A stretch of DNA of 64,000 nt, taken from an uncultured Chloroflexia bacterium. GTDB taxonomy: Bacteria; Chloroflexota; Anaerolineae; Aggregatilineales; Aggregatilineaceae. Shown piece by piece: positions 1 through 9,207 of this stretch. The notes beneath the pieces are model-generated. The model made no database searches. It was not told the origin of the DNA and saw nothing but the letters and a program-made list of their open reading frames with translations. A program made the translations under genes and the position numbers. The stretch lies in contig CAVWCQ010000008.1 in NCBI GenBank assembly GCA_963753545.1, forward strand, positions 300,645 to 364,644. Direction: 5' to 3'. The first letter of the stretch is position 1. The number at the start of each line of letters is the position of its first letter.

Positions 1-74
1 TCGGCGGGCGTGGCGAGTCGGATATGGTAGGTTCGGTTCATGTAGGTTCCTCCTGGTGAAAGACAAAAAACAAT

Positions 75-120
75 TTTACCGCAAAGAGCGCGGAGAGCGC
101 AGAGGAAAGGCAAGAGAAAG
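75..120 (+). repeat. REP1 dispersed intergenic repeat copy (core TTTCACCGCGGAGAGCGCGGAG flanked by AAGCAAGAGAA-type arms)
   Basis: TTTTACCGCAAAGAGCGCGGAGAGCGCAGAGGAAAGGCAAGAGAAAG. Confidence 0.7.
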
Positions 121-227
121 TATGAAATAGCCCTTTCCAAGCTCCATAACGACAGGTTGCAGTATAGCCATCTTCGACTATCATCCACTCAGATCAATAA
201 GTTTATTCTCAGATTGGACCGTTATTT

Positions 228-740
228 ATGGATAGACACGCAACGAAAGTATTGCCAAAAATGTCATTGGATGAAGCTCGTTCGGTGATCTGGCCTTTTA
301 ACGAAGTGAAGGGGCAACCAATCGGCTCCCTGCTGGACAAAGGAGTGCTTTCCCTTCGCGATATGGGATTCGCCGTCCAGAGAGCTTATGATAAGCGGGT
401 GCGGGAAGCAGCCCGAACGATTTTGCTCAACGCTCTATCAGAAGCACAAGTTGCTCCTGAAAATGCCCCTGGGCCGCTCAATGTGGTATCTACAGAGCGT
501 CGGAGTTATGCCGAAAGACGCCAGCTTAAGCTAGCTCGATGGGAGGGCTGGTTACAGGAATTTTGGTCGCGCTCGCCTTCTATCTGCGTTTGGCGATGGC
601 TTTATGGGGTAACTCGTCCAGACAATTTGCGCGAACATTGGCGCTATAACCAGCAGCCGGGGGGTATTATTGCTCTAGTGATTGCCTGTGATTATATATC
701 TTGTGATTGGCTATGTGGTGATCCGAATAACTGGCAATAG
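228..740 (+). CDS. hypothetical protein (170 aa). It ends in tandem TAG TAG, 12 nt upstream of the NERD gene start. Local GC is lower than neighbours.
   Basis: ORF track. No recognisable motifs. Probably operonic with the downstream NERD gene. Confidence 0.4.
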   Translation: MDRHATKVLPKMSLDEARSVIWPFNEVKGQPIGSLLDKGVLSLRDMGFAVQRAYDKRVREAARTILLNALSEAQVAPENAPGPLNVVSTERRSYAERRQLKLARWEGWLQEFWSRSPSICVWRWLYGVTRPDNLREHWRYNQQPGGIIALVIACDYISCDWLCGDPNNWQ

Positions 741-752
741 TAGCTGATCTGC

Positions 753-1307
753 ATGGTGAAGCCCTATGATAAGCAGATGCGGCTCCTTCGCAAGGGGCAG
801 TTAGGCGAAGAGCGTGTTCTCAATGTGATGTACAGCGTTCTCGATGGGCGGTGGTGGTTGTTTCGCAACCTGGAACTGCCGGGGCGGCGCATAGGCGATC
901 TTGATTTGGTTCTTGTCGGGCCATGTGGCATGTGGAACTTTGAGGTCAAAGCCTACAGCGGCGAATACCGGAATGTAGGTGAGCGCTGGGAAAAGCGCAG
1001 CAATTCAAAATGGTATTCTGTCCGCAAAAGTCCAACCCGCCAAGCCAAGCGCAATGCGGCGGAGTTGGGACAACTCCTCTCAACCCATCAGATTAAACAA
1101 TGGATCACGCCTGTGATCATTTGGGCCAATCCAAAATCTACGGTTGTGCCTGACAATCCATCGGCCCCTGTTTGGACTCTCGATCAGCTCAGCGGATGCT
1201 TGAAAGACCTGAGCAGTGAACGGCCTATTCCAGAAGGGCAAGTTGAGAAGATAGTCGATGTTCTCAAGAAAATCTGCCAGGACGCTGACGCCGAGATCAG
1301 CGATTGA
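753..1307 (+). CDS. NERD (nuclease-related) domain protein. Putative PD-(D/E)xK-like nuclease.
   Basis: LGEERV...DLDLVLVGPCGMWNFEVK matches the NERD domain signature (D...ExK). Standalone size of 184 aa. Confidence 0.6.
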   Translation: MVKPYDKQMRLLRKGQLGEERVLNVMYSVLDGRWWLFRNLELPGRRIGDLDLVLVGPCGMWNFEVKAYSGEYRNVGERWEKRSNSKWYSVRKSPTRQAKRNAAELGQLLSTHQIKQWITPVIIWANPKSTVVPDNPSAPVWTLDQLSGCLKDLSSERPIPEGQVEKIVDVLKKICQDADAEISD

Positions 1308-1378
1308 AATTCTCACCTCCCAGGCGGAGATTTGCGGCGGCGTGGTAGGGATGGCTACGATCAGCGCAGGAAGTAACG

Positions 1379-2122
1379 ATGAAAGGACAGCCGACCATGC
1401 CGATCACCATTCGGGAACTGCACCGCTGGGACGTCGCACCGGACGAAGCGATCCGGCTGCAAAAAGAACTCGCCGGGCAGGTGATCACCGATCAGCCGCT
1501 CGATCTGGACGGAATCCGGCTGGTGGGCGGCGTCGATGTCAGCGTGAAGGACGATATCAGCCGGGCGGCGGTCGTCGTGCTGCGCTACCCGGAACTCGAT
1601 CTGGTCGAGGCGGCGCGCGCCGAACGCCCCACGACCTTCCCCTATATTCCCGGCCTGCTGTCTTTTCGAGAGGGCGCGGTGATCCTGGACGCCATGCGCC
1701 ACTTGCAGATTGTGCCCGATGTGTTCATGTTTGACGGGCAGGGGATCGCCCACCCGCGCCGGATCGGGATCGCCTCGCATGTCGGGCTGTTCATCGATAT
1801 GCCGACGATTGGCTGCGCGAAGTCACTGCTGACAGGCAAATTTGACATCCTGCCGCCGGAAAAAGGCGCATGGCAGCCGCTGATCCACCGGGGCGAGACG
1901 ATTGGAGTCGCGCTGCGCACGCGGACGAATGTCAGCCCGATCTACGTATCGGTGGGCCACCGGGCGACACTGGACACGGCCCGCGAGATCGTGCTGCGCT
2001 GTGCGACGCGCTACCGCCTGCCGGAGACGACGCGCACGGCGCACATCACGGCGGGCAGTCCGGGGGAGGATGATGAGCAGCACGGCGGCGAGGATGCAGG
2101 TGAGCAGTTGAGTTTGTTCTGA
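1379..2122 (+). CDS. nfi: endonuclease V (deoxyinosine 3' endonuclease)
   Basis: Motifs YIPGLLSFREG and DGQGIAHPRRIGIASHVGL...PTIGCAKS are typical of EndoV. Length ~240 aa. Confidence 0.85.
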   Translation: MKGQPTMPITIRELHRWDVAPDEAIRLQKELAGQVITDQPLDLDGIRLVGGVDVSVKDDISRAAVVVLRYPELDLVEAARAERPTTFPYIPGLLSFREGAVILDAMRHLQIVPDVFMFDGQGIAHPRRIGIASHVGLFIDMPTIGCAKSLLTGKFDILPPEKGAWQPLIHRGETIGVALRTRTNVSPIYVSVGHRATLDTAREIVLRCATRYRLPETTRTAHITAGSPGEDDEQHGGEDAGEQLSLF

Positions 2123-2137
2123 TAAGAGGGCAATAAC

Positions 2138-2407
2138 ATGAAAATTCAGGATATTGCGAGCTTGCAGGGCCTTGAAACTTACCTTCGGGAATTTACCTGT
2201 TGGGGAGATGATGAATTTGTTTACGATGAGGCCGGAGTTGTAAAGCTTTTCCTAGCCTTGCTAGACAATATGAAAACCCACTCTTTAGATGTAGAACTGG
2301 AAGATATTGGCTACCGCTTTTATGATCCTCAAAGAGAATTCATTATGAAGGTTGCCACATTTGCGAATCGAATTACTGACTCAGACATTGAAGCAGAAGA
2401 GGATTGA
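2138..2407 (+). CDS. small acidic hypothetical protein (89 aa). Lower GC than flanking genes.
   Basis: ORF track. AT-richer codon usage. No known motif. Confidence 0.35.
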   Translation: MKIQDIASLQGLETYLREFTCWGDDEFVYDEAGVVKLFLALLDNMKTHSLDVELEDIGYRFYDPQREFIMKVATFANRITDSDIEAEED

Positions 2408-2507
2408 TAACTCTTTGGCTCTACTTGGTCCCTTGCGTTTTTACCCGTCCTGAGCGCCAATAGAGCGCCATAAAAACAGACTTCACCACGAGAACGTAGA
2501 AAAATAT

Positions 2508-2547
2508 CTTGTTTTTCTTTGCGTTCTTTGCGCCCTTTGCGGTGAAC
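2508..2547 (-). repeat. REP1 copy (reverse orientation)
   Basis: TCTTGTTTTTCTTTGCGTTCTTTGCGCCCTTTGCGGTGAA. Confidence 0.7.
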
Positions 2548-2582
2548 CGTCTTTTCTGTCGCTGCCGACTCAGGGAAAAAAC

Positions 2583-3819
2583 TGTGTTCTATCGCCGCAT
2601 TCCGCACTATCCGACCCAACTCTGGCTGCTGTTCTGGGGTACGCTCACGGGCAGCATCGGTCAGAGTATGGTCTGGCCCTTCCTGACGATCACCATCCGC
2701 GAACGGACAGACGTGGCACTGACGACGGTCACGCTGCTGTTCACGCTGCAAAGCATCGCCGGATTCGGCGCGACCACCGTGATCGGCCCGCTGATGGATC
2801 GTTTTGGACGTCGTAAGCCGATGATCGCCGGGCTGATTTGCAGCGGACTCGTCCTGCTGGCGATGAGCCGCGCCACCGAACTCTGGCACTGGGCGATCCT
2901 GCTGCCCGCCTATGGCATGGTGAACACCGCGTTCCGCGTCGGATCGTATGCGATGGTCGCGGACCTCGTGCCGCTCGAACGGCGCGCCGGAGTCTATGCC
3001 CTGCTGCGGATGGGCGATAACTTTGGGATCGTGCTCGGCCCGGCCCTCGGCGGACTGCTGGTCAGCATCGGCTACACGCTCTCCTACGCGGCGGCAGCAT
3101 CGACGCAGTTTATCCTGGCGATCTTCGTCTTTCGCATCGTGCGCGAGACTCTGGCGCGGGACGGCACACACCAGACGGTCAAGGAACAGTCCGGCTACCG
3201 CTTCATGCTGCGCGATCAGAAATTTATGCGCATCTGGGGGCTGTACATCCTGTCGCAGATCGCCAGTTCGATGGTGTTTGTGCTGCTGGGCGTCTATGTC
3301 AAGGAAAATTATTCGATCTCCGAGGATCGCTTCGGTCTGATCATCGGCACAAACGCGGCGATGGTCGTGATCTTCCAGTACGGCTTCACGCGCAAATCGA
3401 CTCAGCACGCGGCACTGCCGGTCATGGCCGGGGGTGGGCTGCTCTATACGCTGGGGATGTTTGTGTTTGCGCTCAGCCGGAGTTTTCCGACGTTTCTGCT
3501 CGGCATGGTGATCTTCACCTGCGGCGAGATGCTGCTGATTCCCACGGCGACGGCATTGGTGGCGAACATGGCCCCGCCGGATATGCGCGCTCGCTATATG
3601 GGCGTCTTCAGCCTGTCGTTCCGCGTGGCGCAGGGGATCGGCCCGGTGATGGGCGGGGTGCTCAGTGATACGATTGCTCCGGCGGCGACGTGGTTCGGCG
3701 GCATGGTCTTCTGCGCGCTGTCGGCGGCGGGATTTTTAGTCCTGTATGGGCGGCGATCCCTATCCTCTGCTGATCATACCTCGATCCCACAGCCGCAAAG
3801 CGAAGGTGTCATAGAGTAG
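2583..3819 (+). CDS. MFS transporter
   Basis: ~12 predicted TM helices with an MFS-like repeat architecture. The track ORF start at 2509 lies inside a REP element, so a GTG start near 2583 is more plausible. Confidence 0.75.
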
Positions 3820-3853
3820 GGCGGGTTTGCTAACCCGCCCCTGATTACTGTCA

Positions 3854-3892
3854 TTTTCTTGTTTTTCTCCGCGCTCTTTGCGGTGAGATTTG
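3854..3892 (-). repeat. REP1 copy (reverse orientation), between convergent MFS and protease genes
   Basis: TTTTCTTGTTTTTCTCCGCGCTCTTTGCGGTGAGATT. Confidence 0.7.
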
Positions 3893-3895
3893 TTT

Positions 3896-4498
3896 TTACG
3901 CGTGCAGAGCGTCCTTCAGGAAACGCTTCGCCACATGAACGGGCACGGCGAATCCCAGATTCGGCCCGCTGATCATCGTGTTGATCCCGACCAGCCGCCC
4001 CGCCGTATCGACCAGCGGCCCGCCGGAATGTCCGGGGCGCATGCGCAGGCTTACCGCGATCCAATCGTGAGCGGTGGGGGCCAACCCAACCAGATTGGGA
4101 CCTGAGCCCACAACCACGCCGCCCGTCACCGCGCCTAACACACCCCAGGGATGTCCCACCGCCAGCACCCATTCGCCGGGGCGCAGCCGTTCGGATCGGC
4201 CCAGTTCAATTGTCGGCAGGGAATCGGCTTCGACCGACAGCGCCGCCAGATCGATGTTCCGATCCTGGGCCAGCACCGTCGCGGGCAGATGTCGCCCATC
4301 CGGCAGAGTCACGTGCGGGGCATGTCGGGCTGAACGCTCCGCGATGACATGGGCATTGGTCAGGATCAGCCCGTTGGCATGCCAGATCGTGCCCGCGCCG
4401 AAGCTGCCGTCACCGTTGCCGATCTGGACGAGCGCACAGCGCGCCCGTTCCACCACCCACGCCAGATCGCCATCCAGTTGCGTGCTGAGATCGGCCAT
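3896..4498 (-). CDS. trypsin-like serine protease (S1C family, protease domain only)
   Basis: TNAHV and GHSGGPLV catalytic motifs. Its start overlaps the stop of the upstream protease gene (TAATG). Confidence 0.7.
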   Translation of the reverse strand: MADLSTQLDGDLAWVVERARCALVQIGNGDGSFGAGTIWHANGLILTNAHVIAERSARHAPHVTLPDGRHLPATVLAQDRNIDLAALSVEADSLPTIELGRSERLRPGEWVLAVGHPWGVLGAVTGGVVVGSGPNLVGLAPTAHDWIAVSLRMRPGHSGGPLVDTAGRLVGINTMISGPNLGFAVPVHVAKRFLKDALHA

Positions 4499-5415
4499 TA
4501 TTCGCGCTCTCCCACCGTCACTTTCAGGTCTTTGATTTCGCCGCCGCGCACGACGCGCACGGGCAGCGCCTTGCCGATCCGATCCCCGGACAGTCCGCCC
4601 AGCAGATCGTCCATGTGGCGCACGGCCTGACCATCCAGCCCGATGATCACGTCGCCCATCATCAAGCCGCCGCGCTCCGCCGGACTATCCGATTCCACCG
4701 AGACGAGCATCAGGCCCGTTTCCTGTTCAACCTTCGCCGCCAGCGCATCGGGCAGGCGGACGGGCTGCGTCCCGATGCCCAGGTAACCGCGCCGGACGCG
4801 TCCATGAGCCGCCAGCGTTTCGATCACCCGCCGCAGGGTAGGCGTGGGCAGGGCGACACTCGCTTCGCGCAGCAGAGCCGATGTGTTCAGTCCCAGCACC
4901 GCGCCGGATGCGCCAACGAGCGGCCCGCCGGAAAAGCCGGGATACATCACGATATCGGTGTTCACGTAGCGATCCACTGCGCCGCCCGCCGGGGTGCGCC
5001 ATTCGGGGGCCAGGGCGCTGATCACGCCGAGAGTCGCCTGGACGGTTTCGCCGGGGCGTCCCAGCGCCAGCACCAACTGCCCGATCTTCAGCGAATCGGC
5101 TTCCGCCCAGGTGGGCACAGGCAGCCCGCTCAGATCGGCGCGCAGCAGGGCGATATCCGTGCTGGGATCGCGCCCGACCAGCGCCGCCGGGACGGTCTGC
5201 CCGGTGGACAGTCCCACGTGGATATTCTCGTCTCGCGTGACCACATGGTGCGCCGTGACGATCAGCCCGTCCGCGGACCAGACGATCCCGGTAGCGGGCA
5301 GACGCCGCCGCCCTTCAATGCGCACGACACTGGGGCCGATCCGCTCCACTGCCGCCGCCAGATCATTCGATAAGGATTGCAATACATCAGCCATTTTGGG
5401 ATTCTCCTCCACCAA
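4498..5415 (-). CDS. HtrA/DegP-family serine protease with C-terminal PDZ domain
   Basis: TAHHV, GFSGGPLV and a PDZ-like C-terminus (GDVIIGLDGQAV). Confidence 0.8.
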   Translation of the reverse strand: MVEENPKMADVLQSLSNDLAAAVERIGPSVVRIEGRRRLPATGIVWSADGLIVTAHHVVTRDENIHVGLSTGQTVPAALVGRDPSTDIALLRADLSGLPVPTWAEADSLKIGQLVLALGRPGETVQATLGVISALAPEWRTPAGGAVDRYVNTDIVMYPGFSGGPLVGASGAVLGLNTSALLREASVALPTPTLRRVIETLAAHGRVRRGYLGIGTQPVRLPDALAAKVEQETGLMLVSVESDSPAERGGLMMGDVIIGLDGQAVRHMDDLLGGLSGDRIGKALPVRVVRGGEIKDLKVTVGERE

Positions 5416-5498
5416 CAGTTTTATATTTTGATCATAGGGGAAGAGGGCGGAGGCTGGATCGCCTGTTTGGGGAGCGATATCCTGGAAGAATGGCTAGG

Positions 5499-5838
5499 TT
5501 AACTGTCTGCGAAAAATGACCGTTGCAGAAACTGCATCCCCGCCAATATCTGCTTGATGCGTTGTTCAGTCAGTGTCCCGATGTAGTCGCCCAACTGCGA
5601 TTTATTGACGGTGGATACCTTGGAGACTTCTACGACACTCTGTTTAGGTAAATTGCCTTCCCCGGCGTCGAGCAAAACGTTACCCGGCAGGCTTGCCCGT
5701 TTGAGATTAGTCGTCAGCGCGCAAACCACGACGGTTGTGATCCGGCTGTGATTGATCACGTTTTCCTGAATCACCACATGGGATGGGGAATCCCGTTTCT
5801 TCTACTGTGATCCAGTAGATATCACCTTGATTGATCAT
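5499..5838 (-). pseudogene. MazF/PemK-family endoribonuclease toxin interrupted by a +1 frameshift near 5778. No adjacent antitoxin ORF.
   Basis: N-terminal frame reads MINQGDIYWITVEETGFPIP. The downstream frame continues HVVIQEN...TTVVVCALTTNLKRASLPGNVLL...SVVEVSKVSTVNKSQLGDYIGTLTEQRIKQILAGMQFL, which fits PemK-like proteins when joined. Coordinates of the N-terminal part were derived by hand. Confidence 0.6.
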
Positions 5839-5856
5839 AGAACGCTGTCTCCCGTC

Positions 5857-6475
5857 TTAAAGCGATATCAGCCCCAGCCGCAGCCCGATCACGACGGCTT
5901 CGGTGCGGCTCTGGGCGTGCAGCTTGCTCAGGATGGCGTTGATGTGGAATTTCACGGTGTGATCGCTGATATCCAGGCGGCGGGCAATCGCCTTGTTCGT
6001 CAGCCCTTCCGCCAGCAGATGCAGTACCTCGGATTCGCGGTGCGTCAATTCCTCCACCGGGACGGCAGGAGAGGCCGAAGGCAGCGCGCTGGACAGGGCC
6101 GGGTCGAGCGTGATCAGCCCTTCGGCGGCGGCACGAATCGCGGCGACGAGTCGATCCGGGCCGCTGCTGCGCAGAAGCAATCCCCGCGCGCCCGCCGTCC
6201 AGAGTTCGCCCGCACTGTCCGCGTCGGGGAGCAGGGCCACGACCTTCGGCCCGCCCTCGCCCAGATCGCCCAGCCAGTCGGGGAGCCGCTTCGCCTTCCC
6301 AGCCGATATCCCACAGCAGCACATCGGGGCGATAGACATCCAGCGCCGCGCCGATATCGCCATCCCCGGCGATCTGCCCGACAACCGTGCAGCCGGTTCG
6401 GTTCGCCAGGATGGAGGCCAGTCCTGCCCGCGCCAGCGGATCATCCGCGATGATCAAAACTCGTGTCTCGTCCAT
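5857..6475 (-). CDS. NarL/FixJ-family response regulator (receiver + LuxR HTH) with an apparent frameshift near 6300
   Basis: Receiver N-terminus MDETRVLIIADDPLARAGL... is in one frame. The rest of the receiver plus the LuxR HTH (LTHRESEVLHLLAEGLTNKAIARRLDISDHTVKFHINAILSKL) is in the -1 frame. Confidence 0.7.
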
Positions 6476-6667
6476 GTGGGAGACTATACAGGGGAAGGGG
6501 TAAAGGGGGTAAAACGCCTATACGTTTCCTACAGAAACAGCATTTTGTATCCCAGATTGCGGAGAAGAGGGCCTCAGGAGTCCACTTCAGTGGACTTTTT
6601 TCCCTCAATAGCCCTGGATTTTAATCCACGGCGGCGGGACGACCAACACCGTTTTCTTCCATTCATT

Positions 6668-6728
6668 CTCTCTCTGCTTTTCTCCGCGCTCTTTGCGCTC
6701 TCCGCGGTGAAATTTTCTTGTTCTTTTG
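6668..6728 (-). repeat. REP1 copy (reverse orientation, extended)
   Basis: CTCTCTGCTTTTCTCCGCGCTCTTTGCGCTCTCCGCGGTGAAATTTTCTTGTTCTTTTGC. Confidence 0.7.
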
Positions 6729-6876
6729 CCGCTGCTGCTCTCAGCACCAGTAGCACATCCGCCGCGCCTGATCATCCAGCGTGACCATCGCATCATAATA
6801 TGCCTGCCGCAGATCGTCGGCGGACTGAAATGAAAAGGGGCGCACTGCTGCGCCCCCAACTATTCGACAAAGGTAG

Positions 6877-7662
6877 CTACTTGGTATGTCCATTACCGGT
6901 GCGTTCGCCCAGATAGTCCCCAACCGACTTCGCCAGCGTCACAAAGTCGGACGGCATCATGATGATGGTTGTCGTGTTGTGTTCCGCGCCGACTTCGGAG
7001 ATCATCTGCATGCGGCGCAGTTCCAATGCGGCGGGATTCTGTACGATCAGCTTGGAGGCTTCCGACAGTTTCACGGACGACTCAAGTTCAGCATCAGCCT
7101 TGATGATGCGGGCGCGGCGTTCACGCATCGCTTCGGCTTCGCGGGCCATCGCGCGCTGCATCGATTCGGGAATTTCCACGTCCTTCATCTCAACGGCCTG
7201 CACTTCAATGCCCCAGGCTTCCGTTGAGTTGTCCACGATCTTCTTCAGCATGTCGTTGATCTTATCCCGCTCGCGCAGCGCTTCGTCCAGATCGTGCTGG
7301 CCGATGATGTTGCGCAGCGTCGTGAGCGCGACCTGATAGACGGCGGAGCGGTAATCCGCGACGGCGATCACAGCCTTCTGCGGATTAACCACACGGAACC
7401 ACAGCACGGCGTTGACGCGGATCGTCACGCTGTCCTTGGTGATCGTTTCCTGCGGCTCGACACTGACGGTCGAGGTACGGATATCGATCTTGCGCATCCG
7501 CTCAAAGCCGAGAGGAACGATCCAGAACATGCCTGGGCCACTGATCCGGCGGAAGCGGCCCAGGAAGAAGACGACGGCCCGTTCATATTCCATGACCATG
7601 CGCAGGCCAGACAGCAGGAGAACGACGACAACAACAGCAATGACTAAAATGATTTCAGGCAC
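6877..7662 (-). CDS. SPFH/band-7 (stomatin-like) membrane protein
   Basis: N-terminal TM helix followed by an SPFH core (FRRISGPGMFWIVP...VDIRTSTVSVEPQE...). Confidence 0.8.
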   Translation of the reverse strand: MPEIILVIAVVVVVLLLSGLRMVMEYERAVVFFLGRFRRISGPGMFWIVPLGFERMRKIDIRTSTVSVEPQETITKDSVTIRVNAVLWFRVVNPQKAVIAVADYRSAVYQVALTTLRNIIGQHDLDEALRERDKINDMLKKIVDNSTEAWGIEVQAVEMKDVEIPESMQRAMAREAEAMRERRARIIKADAELESSVKLSEASKLIVQNPAALELRRMQMISEVGAEHNTTTIIMMPSDFVTLAKSVGDYLGERTGNGHTK

Positions 7663-7769
7663 GGCTGACCACCTTTCCAGTTAAAAAAGCACATTTCTTC
7701 AGTATAGTATACGCAGGAACCGGATACGGCTGTTCCGCCACCAACCTGACAACGGGCTGACATCGCCCC

Positions 7770-7806
7770 TCTCTCTTGTTTTTCTTTGCGTTCTTTGCGG
7801 TGAATA
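7770..7806 (-). repeat. REP1 copy (reverse orientation)
   Basis: CTCTTGTTTTTCTTTGCGTTCTTTGCGGTGAATAATT. Confidence 0.7.
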
Positions 7807-7811
7807 ATTTT

Positions 7812-8468
7812 TTATTCATCCCCAAACACGATCTGATCCGCCTGATCGGAGCCATGATCCGCCAGATAGCCGCGCACGAAGTCAGGATTAAGCGCTCCGT
7901 CGAGGGCGCTGCCCTGTCCGGCAAGCTGCGCCTGGATCGCGTTGTGCAGCAGTGTTCGCTCGGCTTGCAGCATGCCGCGCCGTTCCCGCCCGATCTGCCA
8001 GTTCTGCCAGACAGCGGCCAGCGTGGAGGCGGTGCTCGCCGCCGTTTGCATCAATTCCAGAATCTGCTGGGCGCGGGCGATCCGTTCCGATGTTTTGCTG
8101 CGGGCGGGCAGACTGGGTCTGAGGGGTACAGACGGCGGGATGATCATCGGCACGCGCACCGGATCGGCGGGCAAACTGCGTGCCGCTGCATACTGCCGCC
8201 AGCGTGCGTCCTGTTCATCGAGCAGCCCTAACTGGCGGAACGGATCAGGCGCATCGAGCAGCAATTCCAGGCGGGGCAGCACCATACCACGCACCATCGC
8301 CACCGCTTCACGCGGATCATCCGCATAGGCGGCATCGAGCGGCATGCTGCCCAATGGAGCGAAGCTGTAACGCAGCGTCTCGATGCGAATCCGCACCAGT
8401 ATGAGATCGGACAGACGCTCGACGTGGTGCAGGGTATAGAGGCGCATATAACGGCGGAACGACGTCAA
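7812..8468 (-). CDS. hypothetical protein
   Basis: ORF track only. Confidence 0.3.
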   Translation of the reverse strand: MTSFRRYMRLYTLHHVERLSDLILVRIRIETLRYSFAPLGSMPLDAAYADDPREAVAMVRGMVLPRLELLLDAPDPFRQLGLLDEQDARWRQYAAARSLPADPVRVPMIIPPSVPLRPSLPARSKTSERIARAQQILELMQTAASTASTLAAVWQNWQIGRERRGMLQAERTLLHNAIQAQLAGQGSALDGALNPDFVRGYLADHGSDQADQIVFGDE

Positions 8469-8622
8469 CGCATAAAATCCACTCGTGCCTCCCTAAAGTG
8501 CGAAATACGCATAAGGATGAGCGGTTGGAATGGTATTGGGGTGTGAAGGGGAACTCCCCTGGAAATAGTAAATAGGACTCATTCACGAGGGAAATCCTCA
8601 AGGTTTTCCAACGGCGGGAGAA

Positions 8623-9066
8623 TCAGGAAGGAACCTGAATGTTTTGCAGCACGCTGAGCACATAATGGAAGGCTTCCATCTGCTCTGCTGTGACCATGTC
8701 TTCGGTGAGGTAGTTGAGGCGATCCGCGACCTCCTGCACCTGGGGCTGAAGGACACGGCCTCCCTCGCTGAGAAAAATGCGCACGCTGCGGCGATCATTG
8801 GGGTCCATCTGGCGGCGCAGAAGCCCTTTTTCTTCCATCCGATCCAGCAGGGCGGTCATGGAGGATGGGTGGCGGCAGACGGCGAGGGCCAGTTCGGAGG
8901 CCGAGATGCCATCATCCGCGTACAGGGCACGCAGGGCGTACCACTCCAGCAGGCTCAGGCCCAGGGGAATGATCAGGCTTTCATAAACCTGTTCCAGGTG
9001 ACGATAAGCCTGTTCAATATTGGTTGCCATGCAACCGTCAAAGCGGAGAGCTATTGGATTGTTCAT
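8623..9066 (-). CDS. MarR-family transcriptional regulator
   Basis: Winged-HTH region LSLLEWYALRALYADDGISASELALAVCRHPSSMTALLDRMEEKGLLRRQMDPNDRRSVRIFLSEGG. An internal Met at 9066 is preferred over the track start at 9288. Confidence 0.7.
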   Translation of the reverse strand: MNNPIALRFDGCMATNIEQAYRHLEQVYESLIIPLGLSLLEWYALRALYADDGISASELALAVCRHPSSMTALLDRMEEKGLLRRQMDPNDRRSVRIFLSEGGRVLQPQVQEVADRLNYLTEDMVTAEQMEAFHYVLSVLQNIQVPS

Positions 9067-9207
9067 GTGGTTATTGTACTGCAAGAAAAGCTTTAGCGTC
9101 AAACTAGTTTTGGGGGCAAGTTCCGCAACACTGCTATATTCCACATATATATTATAAAAAACTGTTAATTGAGGGGAGGGAGCAAAGAAGTCCAGGAGCG
9201 TTGACTC

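Noticed and set aside
738-755. Tandem in-frame TAG TAG between the hypothetical gene and the NERD gene, as a possible stop-codon readthrough or recoding site
   Set aside because: Double stops followed by a canonical ATG start are most simply two separate genes. There is no recoding signal.
2329-3408. 359-aa ORF antisense to the MFS transporter gene. Similar long antisense ORFs occur at 14944-15855, 25565-26452, 50971-51987, 12730-13296 and 45433-46287.
   Set aside because: Typical spurious antisense ORFs of high-GC DNA. Arg/Pro/Gly/Ala-rich, low complexity, no motifs, and each overlaps a well-supported gene on the other strand.
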